A stretch of DNA of 20,717 bases from NCBI GenBank assembly GCA_034440375.1, contig JAWXBZ010000097.1:1-20717 (forward strand). The letters are read 5' to 3'. The notes under the pieces are model-generated. The model saw only the letters and a program-made list of their open reading frames with translations. It was not told the origin of the DNA and ran no database searches. Origin of the DNA: Candidatus Eiseniibacteriota bacterium (GTDB lineage: Bacteria; Eisenbacteria; RBG-16-71-46; JABDJR01; JAWXBZ01). Both the position numbers and the translations under genes were made by a program. Position 1 is the stretch's first letter. Each line of letters starts with the position of its first letter. Below, in pieces: positions 15,392-20,717 of the stretch.

Positions 15392-16362
15392 GTAATGTCT
15401 TCAAGCCGCGAGGCCATCAATCGGGCCGTTTCTTCCGGTGAAATATCCCCTGTTGTCGGTACCCGGAGCAACCCGGGAAGTCGGCGAAACCAGGTCATTT
15501 GCCGCTTGGCGTAGTTTCGCGTGACCTGGTTCAAGGCCCGGGTCAATTCCAGGCGATCGATCGATCCGTTGAGATACCGGGCGATCTCGGGATAACCGTG
15601 GGCCCTGAAAGCCGGCGAGGCGGGATCGATGCCCGTGGCGAGCAGTTCGGACGCCTCTTCGATCATCCCGCCGGCCAGGAGCTCCTCCGTCCGCCGCTCG
15701 ATACGGGCATAAACCTCGTCCCGTGGACGGTCCAGCAGAATCATCTGCGTACGCGCGGCCAGTTCGGGGTGGGCGCCCGATTGGGACGCCTGTAGCCCGC
15801 TCATGGTGGCCCCGGTCAGCTGGATCACTTCAAGCGCCCGGGTGATCCTCTGGGCATCGTTGGGGTGCAACCTTGCCGCGCAGTCCGGATCGAGCCGGGT
15901 CAGTTCGGCGTGGAGCGCGGCGCTCCCCTCAAGGGCCACCCGGTCACGGAGCGACTCGCGGACGACCAGGTCGTGCGGCAGCGATTCCGCGAGTCGGCCA
16001 AGAAACGCTTCCAGATACAATCCCGACCCGCCCACGAAGAGGGCGCGCCCACCGCGGGCTTCGATGTCGGCCAGGGTTCCGCGAGCCAGCCGCCCGTAGT
16101 CGCCGGCACTGAATCGATCGCGGGGGTCGGCCACGCCGACCAGGTGATGTCGAACGATGGCCTGCTCCGCAACGGTCGGCTGGGCGGTGCCGATCGCCAT
16201 TTTTGCCAGCACCTGTTTCGAGTCGAGCGCAACGATCTCGGCGCCAAGGAGCCTGGCCAAAGGCAGGGACACCGCCGTCTTGCCCGAAGCGGTGGTGCCG
16301 AGGAGGACGACGACCGGGGGGAGCCGATCAGCCGCTTCGGCCGAATCGCCGGTGGATGTCAT
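15388..16362 (-). CDS. miaA: tRNA (adenosine37-N6)-dimethylallyltransferase
   Basis: GTTASGKT, DSKQV, IGTAQP, HHLV, VGGSGLY, HPND.QRI.RALEV, GY.E, TRNYAKRQMTWFR. ATG 16362 lies inside the mutL 3' end. Confidence 0.96.
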   Translation of the reverse strand: MTSTGDSAEAADRLPPVVVLLGTTASGKTAVSLPLARLLGAEIVALDSKQVLAKMAIGTAQPTVAEQAIVRHHLVGVADPRDRFSAGDYGRLARGTLADIEARGGRALFVGGSGLYLEAFLGRLAESLPHDLVVRESLRDRVALEGSAALHAELTRLDPDCAARLHPNDAQRITRALEVIQLTGATMSGLQASQSGAHPELAARTQMILLDRPRDEVYARIERRTEELLAGGMIEEASELLATGIDPASPAFRAHGYPEIARYLNGSIDRLELTRALNQVTRNYAKRQMTWFRRLPGLLRVPTTGDISPEETARLMASRLEDIT

Positions 16363-18145
16363 CGATGGACAAACGGAGAAACGTCGGCCGGCCGTGCGGA
16401 TCACCCTGCGGCAACGTCGTGGCAAAGAGCCGGTCGATCAGTTCGTTCATCTCGACCGGGGTGAGCGGTTCGCCGGCCTTGACCGCGGCCCGGCAGGCGT
16501 ACGAGCGAGCCACCCTTTCTTCCAGCGGGGCGGCGGTGGCCTGATCACCGTACATGGCGATCAGGTCGTGGAGCATGTCACCCTGTCGCCATCGGGTCAG
16601 CCCGGCCGGTATCCCGTGTACGACGACGGTCGTTCCGCCAAAGAGTTCGATGTGGAACCCGAACTTTTCGAGGATGGCCTGGATGTCGAGCAGCGTGTGA
16701 AATTCCTCGGGCGTCAGATCGACAACTTGCGGAAAAAGAAGTTCCTGCGTGGCCGGGCGCCCGCCGCGAATCCGGAGGATGGCCTCCTCGAACAGTACCC
16801 GCTCATGGGCCGCGTGCTGATCGATGATCAGGAGTCCCCCGCGGATGGAAGCCAGAATGTAACTTCGGTGAAGCTGCCAGAGCTCGGCCAGGAGCGCCTC
16901 CCCTTTCACCGCCTTCGCTTCCTCGAAGGCGGCGCCGCCGGTTTGCATGCCCGTAAATGGCAGAATCAGGGCCGTTCCGACATCCCGCCCGGCCGGCCCG
17001 GACAAGCCGCCTGGAACACCCGATACGTCGCGTTCGCCCGGCTCGTCACGCACCAGGCCCCCGCCGGCGCCCTCCCCGGCGAACAGGGTGGCGACATCCT
17101 CGATGGCCACATCGACGCCGTCATCTCCGGGCCGGTAACGCGGCACATGGCGGATCACGGCCGGCTTCAGGAGAGACACGAGGGCCGGAAAGAGATCGCG
17201 GTCGTTCGAGAATCGAACCTCCTTCTTCGTCGGGTGGACATTCACATCGACGCGCCCGGGATCCAGCGTGATGGCCAGCACCGCAAACGGGTGTCGGTCG
17301 AACGGGATCAGGTTGCCGTAGGACTGCCGAACCGACTGGCGAAGGATCGGATTCGAGACGAGCCGACCGTTGACGAAAAACGTCTGCTGATCGCCCCGGA
17401 CACGCGAATCCTCGGGTGCCCCCAGGTAGCCCTCGATGAACACGATTTCATTCCGGCCCGTCACGGCGATCATCCGTGACAGGCGCTCCCGGCCGAAGAG
17501 GGCTGCCATTCGTTCCGCGAGCGTACCGGCCGGGGGCAGGTTCAGGATTTCGCGGCCGTCCACCACCCAGCGAAGGTGGATGGCGCGACGGGCCAGCGCG
17601 TACGATTGGATGATTCGGGCCGATTGCGTCAGCTCGGTGGTGGCACTGCGCTGAAACTTGCGGCGGACCGGCGTATTGAAGAAGAGGTCGCGCACCTCGA
17701 TCGTTGTGCCGCGGGCACGGCCGGCCGGCCGAATCGATTGAACGACGCCACCTTCCGCCACCATCTCGATCCCCTCGCCATCCTCCGTGGCCGAAAGAAT
17801 CGTCAGTCGCGAGACGGCGGCCACCGAGGCCAGTCCCTCGCCCCGAAAACCAAGCGACAGGACGCGCATGAGATCCTCGGCGCGTTCGATCTTGCTTGTG
17901 GCATGCCGCTCGATGGCCAGCCGGACACCGGCCTCATCCATGCCATGGCCGTCATCGCTGACACGTACCAGGCGCTCCAGGTGGCCATCCACCTCGATCG
18001 TGATCTGCCCGGCGCCCGCGTCAAGGGCATTCTCGAACAGTTCCTTGACGACCGCGGCCGGCCGGTCGATGACCTCGCCCGCCGCGATGCGCGCGATCAC
18101 GTCGCCCTCGAGGCGACGGATCACCGGTCGATCGACCCCGTTCAT
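16328..18145 (-). CDS. mutL: DNA mismatch repair endonuclease MutL
   Basis: IAAGEVIDRPA.VVKEL.EN.LDAG, DDGHGM, HATSKI, GFRGEGLAS, VDVNVHPTKKEVRF; endonuclease motif DQHAAHERVLFE, ACR, clamp-like QELLFP. Confidence 0.98.
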   Translation of the reverse strand: MNGVDRPVIRRLEGDVIARIAAGEVIDRPAAVVKELFENALDAGAGQITIEVDGHLERLVRVSDDGHGMDEAGVRLAIERHATSKIERAEDLMRVLSLGFRGEGLASVAAVSRLTILSATEDGEGIEMVAEGGVVQSIRPAGRARGTTIEVRDLFFNTPVRRKFQRSATTELTQSARIIQSYALARRAIHLRWVVDGREILNLPPAGTLAERMAALFGRERLSRMIAVTGRNEIVFIEGYLGAPEDSRVRGDQQTFFVNGRLVSNPILRQSVRQSYGNLIPFDRHPFAVLAITLDPGRVDVNVHPTKKEVRFSNDRDLFPALVSLLKPAVIRHVPRYRPGDDGVDVAIEDVATLFAGEGAGGGLVRDEPGERDVSGVPGGLSGPAGRDVGTALILPFTGMQTGGAAFEEAKAVKGEALLAELWQLHRSYILASIRGGLLIIDQHAAHERVLFEEAILRIRGGRPATQELLFPQVVDLTPEEFHTLLDIQAILEKFGFHIELFGGTTVVVHGIPAGLTRWRQGDMLHDLIAMYGDQATAAPLEERVARSYACRAAVKAGEPLTPVEMNELIDRLFATTLPQGDPHGRPTFLRLSIDDIHRRFGRSG

Positions 18146-19551
18146 TCGCCCGCGGTCGACGAGATGAGCGGAGCCAGGATGTCGCGCAGGATGTCGATCC
18201 GCTGGCCGGCGTCGAGTGTCTCCTCATCGACGGACGGCACCCCCTCGATCAGGAGAACACCGGCCGGCGTGCGGTGGCCGCCGCGGCCTCCCTCCACGGG
18301 AATCGTCACCATTTCACCGGCCCCCAGGCCGGCCTCACCGAACCACCGGGTCGGCGCCGTGCCGCCAAAGGAATGGCCGATCAGCCCCGTGCCCATCGGC
18401 AGGGACAGTTCGCCTTCGATCGGGCCACTGATGCTGACCGCCGCCACGAGCCGCAGACGTGCGGCGCTTTCGTCTGCCGCGAAGTACCAGGCCGCCTGGG
18501 CCGGCAATTCCTCGAGCAGAAACTCGAGGCACAGGCGCCAGCGATCGGCCGGGGCAAGGGTGTCGGAAAGAAGACAATCGCGCAGGCGTTCCTTGAACTT
18601 CAGATGCTTGAGTTCCTGCCCCACCTTCGACATGGCCAGACATCGTTCGAGCGCTCCCCCAAGTTCACCGGCCCGGGCGCTCAGTTCGTCCCGGACAAAC
18701 TTCGGCCACTCCGGGGCGCTCCAGGGCTGAAACAGTGCCAACAGGCCGAACGGTTCCCCGGCTCCGGGCAGCGGCACGTACAGTGCGCGGACCGGGGGTT
18801 CAAGACCGACCCCGCTTCCATCCCCGAGTGGCCCGGAACGGGAGAGGCCCGATTGGACTTCGGCCTCGAGTTCCTCAGGCGGAAATGTCACCGCCGGAAG
18901 CCGATCGGCATCGGGCGCGAACGCCATCAGGGTCCAGCGGAGTCCGTTCGTTTCGCGCCGCCAGAGAACCGCCGACTCGGCCCCGGTCAGTCGGAGCGCC
19001 GATTGAACCAACCACTCGGCCAGTCTCGACGGCTCGTAGAAGAGGTCGATGGTCGGGGCGCCGAGCGTTCGTCGAACACGAACCGGCTCCGTCATCACCG
19101 AGGTCGACTCGATGTCCACGGGAGACGGGGTCTCCGGCGAGCCAGTGGGCAATTCGGTTTGAACCCTTTCATCGGGTGGTTGATCGTCCGCGATCTCGAG
19201 ATCAAGCGCGGTCACCGGACTGCTCCAGCCGATTGGGTCCTCCAGAAATCGTTCCGACTCAGCGATCGACACGAAGGCCGGCCTCTCCCGTCCGGCCGCC
19301 GCCGCGTGCCCGGCCAGAGCTTCGATCAGGGGCCGCGATCTTTCATTCCCGAGGCAGCAATCGAGCGGCAGGTCCGCCAACGCCTCCAGGTCGGTGTAAA
19401 CCGGCACGTTGGCCAGTTCGGCCAGCCGGGCCACCAGCGAATGCGGATCGGGGTGATAGACGGCCGAGAGTGTCAGGTCGGATCGCTGCGCCAGCCGGGT
19501 CAGGAGATCGACCTCGGCGTCGGCCAGTGCCAGAAGTGCCAGGTGTTTCAT
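18142..19551 (-). CDS. Hypothetical protein, putative Rossmann-like N-domain plus two GAF-like domains
   Basis: ATGA overlaps on both ends; GAF-like patterns (ALRLTGAESAVLW...LYVPL...FGLLALF; LPAQAAWYF...LRLVAA...LPMGTGLIG...IPV...GVLLIE). Domain calls are made by eye. Confidence 0.75.
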   Translation of the reverse strand: MKHLALLALADAEVDLLTRLAQRSDLTLSAVYHPDPHSLVARLAELANVPVYTDLEALADLPLDCCLGNERSRPLIEALAGHAAAAGRERPAFVSIAESERFLEDPIGWSSPVTALDLEIADDQPPDERVQTELPTGSPETPSPVDIESTSVMTEPVRVRRTLGAPTIDLFYEPSRLAEWLVQSALRLTGAESAVLWRRETNGLRWTLMAFAPDADRLPAVTFPPEELEAEVQSGLSRSGPLGDGSGVGLEPPVRALYVPLPGAGEPFGLLALFQPWSAPEWPKFVRDELSARAGELGGALERCLAMSKVGQELKHLKFKERLRDCLLSDTLAPADRWRLCLEFLLEELPAQAAWYFAADESAARLRLVAAVSISGPIEGELSLPMGTGLIGHSFGGTAPTRWFGEAGLGAGEMVTIPVEGGRGGHRTPAGVLLIEGVPSVDEETLDAGQRIDILRDILAPLISSTAGE

Positions 19552-20690
19552 CGGTTGATGTCGCTCCGGCCGCCGTCAACCGCAAGGTCACGGCGGCGAT
19601 CCAGTCCGTCGAGCGCCGCGAGGACATCCTCGGGCGAAGTTTCCTTCATGCAGCGAAAGTGTCCCCGCGGGCAGACCGGTCCGCCGTGCACGGAGCACGG
19701 ACGACAATCGAGCGGCCTCTCGAGGATCTGGTGTCCTGGTCCGGCGGGCTCGAAACCGAATTCGAGTACCGTCGGTCCGAAAAGCGCCACCACCCGGGTG
19801 CCCACGGCGGCGGCGAGGTGCATCAACCCGGAATCGTTGGTGACCAGTGACGACAGCCGACCCAGCATCGCCGCGGCGCGCCGCAGTGGCTGGCGAACAA
19901 TGCGCATTGATTCCGGCCGACGCACCAGCCGCCGCAGCTCCGTTTCCAGCTCCAGATCCTCGGGCGAGGAGGAAAGAAACACCGGGACCACGTATCGCTT
20001 CCGGAGCGCCAACCGATCGATCAGCTCGGCATAATAAACGATCGGCCAACGCTTGGTTGCGTGTCGCGCGCCGGGGGCCACACCGATCGCCCCGGGCGGG
20101 ATTTCCAGGCGCTCCATTTCGGAAATGGCCCACCCGACTTCGGCCGGCGCCAGATGAACGGACGGCAGCGGTGATTCCTCCAGATCGAACCGGCTGACGG
20201 CGGGTTCGTGAGCCGCCGGGCCGGTCCGCCCCGCGGCATCCGACACGCGGCCGAATCGATCCAGCCACTCATCGGCCGCCGCGACATAGGCAAGTGCCAC
20301 CGGTCGAACCGGTGAGCAGAGGCTTCTCGCGATCGCCGGGGCTCGAACGAGGAGGCGCCTGGCCATGCCGCGTCCCTCGTAACGAACATGGCCACGGGGC
20401 ATCAGGAGCCACGTCAGGACCCGGCTGCGCAGGTTGCCGTGCAGATCGATCAGATCCCGGACACCGTCCCGGCGAAGCTGGCGGGCCAGGGCAGCCAGTC
20501 CGGCCAGCCCCCCCGAGCCGGGTGGAAGGACCAGCACGCGATCGACATCCGGATGACGGAAAAGAACCGGTGCCATGGTGTGGCGGGTGACGACCGTGAC
20601 CAGGAGATCAGGGCGTCGTCTTTTGAGCCTGGTGGCCGCGGCGGTGGTCAGGATGACGTCGCCCAGTGATCCGAAGCGGACCAGCGCCAC
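19548..20690 (-). CDS. Glycosyltransferase family 9 (LPS heptosyltransferase-like); true start may lie beyond the window
   Basis: RFGSLGDVIL, HPDVD, IDLHGNLRS, APGARHATKRWP, VTNDSGLMHLAAA.G..V.ALFGPT. The frame stays open to the window edge. Confidence 0.93.
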   Translation of the reverse strand: MALVRFGSLGDVILTTAAATRLKRRRPDLLVTVVTRHTMAPVLFRHPDVDRVLVLPPGSGGLAGLAALARQLRRDGVRDLIDLHGNLRSRVLTWLLMPRGHVRYEGRGMARRLLVRAPAIARSLCSPVRPVALAYVAAADEWLDRFGRVSDAAGRTGPAAHEPAVSRFDLEESPLPSVHLAPAEVGWAISEMERLEIPPGAIGVAPGARHATKRWPIVYYAELIDRLALRKRYVVPVFLSSSPEDLELETELRRLVRRPESMRIVRQPLRRAAAMLGRLSSLVTNDSGLMHLAAAVGTRVVALFGPTVLEFGFEPAGPGHQILERPLDCRPCSVHGGPVCPRGHFRCMKETSPEDVLAALDGLDRRRDLAVDGGRSDINR

Positions 20691-20717
20691 GCCGGTGACA
20701 TCCGGTGACTGGACCGG

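Noticed and set aside
18274..20034. Long plus-strand ORFs (586 aa here; also 3912-5123, 6002-6952, 16157-17479, 17576-18730)
   Set aside because: Antisense shadows of well-supported minus-strand genes, expected in GC-rich DNA; no recognisable motifs.

Overview
GC-rich bacterial chromosomal segment, almost all encoded on the minus strand. By inference it is an FCB-group organism such as Ca. Eisenbacteria, based on the LPS heptosyltransferase-like gene, a T9SS-A/FlgD-like C-terminal domain and the gene order. Reading the minus strand 5'->3' (right to left): GT9 heptosyltransferase, Rossmann/GAF-like hypothetical, mutL, miaA, tRNA-Gly(CCC), DUF512 PDZ/radical-SAM-like protein, der, plsY, gpsA, MerR-type regulator, tRNA-Pro(GGG), surE, a 948-aa secreted 12-repeat Kelch protein, tRNA-Pro(CGG), an RpoS-like sigma-70 factor, apt, an EEP-family phosphoesterase and two hypotheticals. 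These converge on a plus-strand SAM methyltransferase. At the left are a DUF2911 protein and the 5' end of a fourth tRNA cut by the window edge. I saw no integrase, transposase or CRISPR array; this is mostly core genome. The most intriguing observations are all hypotheses. (1) Two tRNA genes sit directly upstream of reading frames that begin with runs of their cognate codon: CCG-CCG-CCG in the sigma factor, and ATG-GGG-GGG ahead of DUF512. (2) A Pro-rich, apparently leaderless uORF precedes the methyltransferase. (3) The Kelch protein occupies the usual pcm-nlpD slot. (4) An output-less Rossmann-GAF-GAF protein is coupled to mutL.
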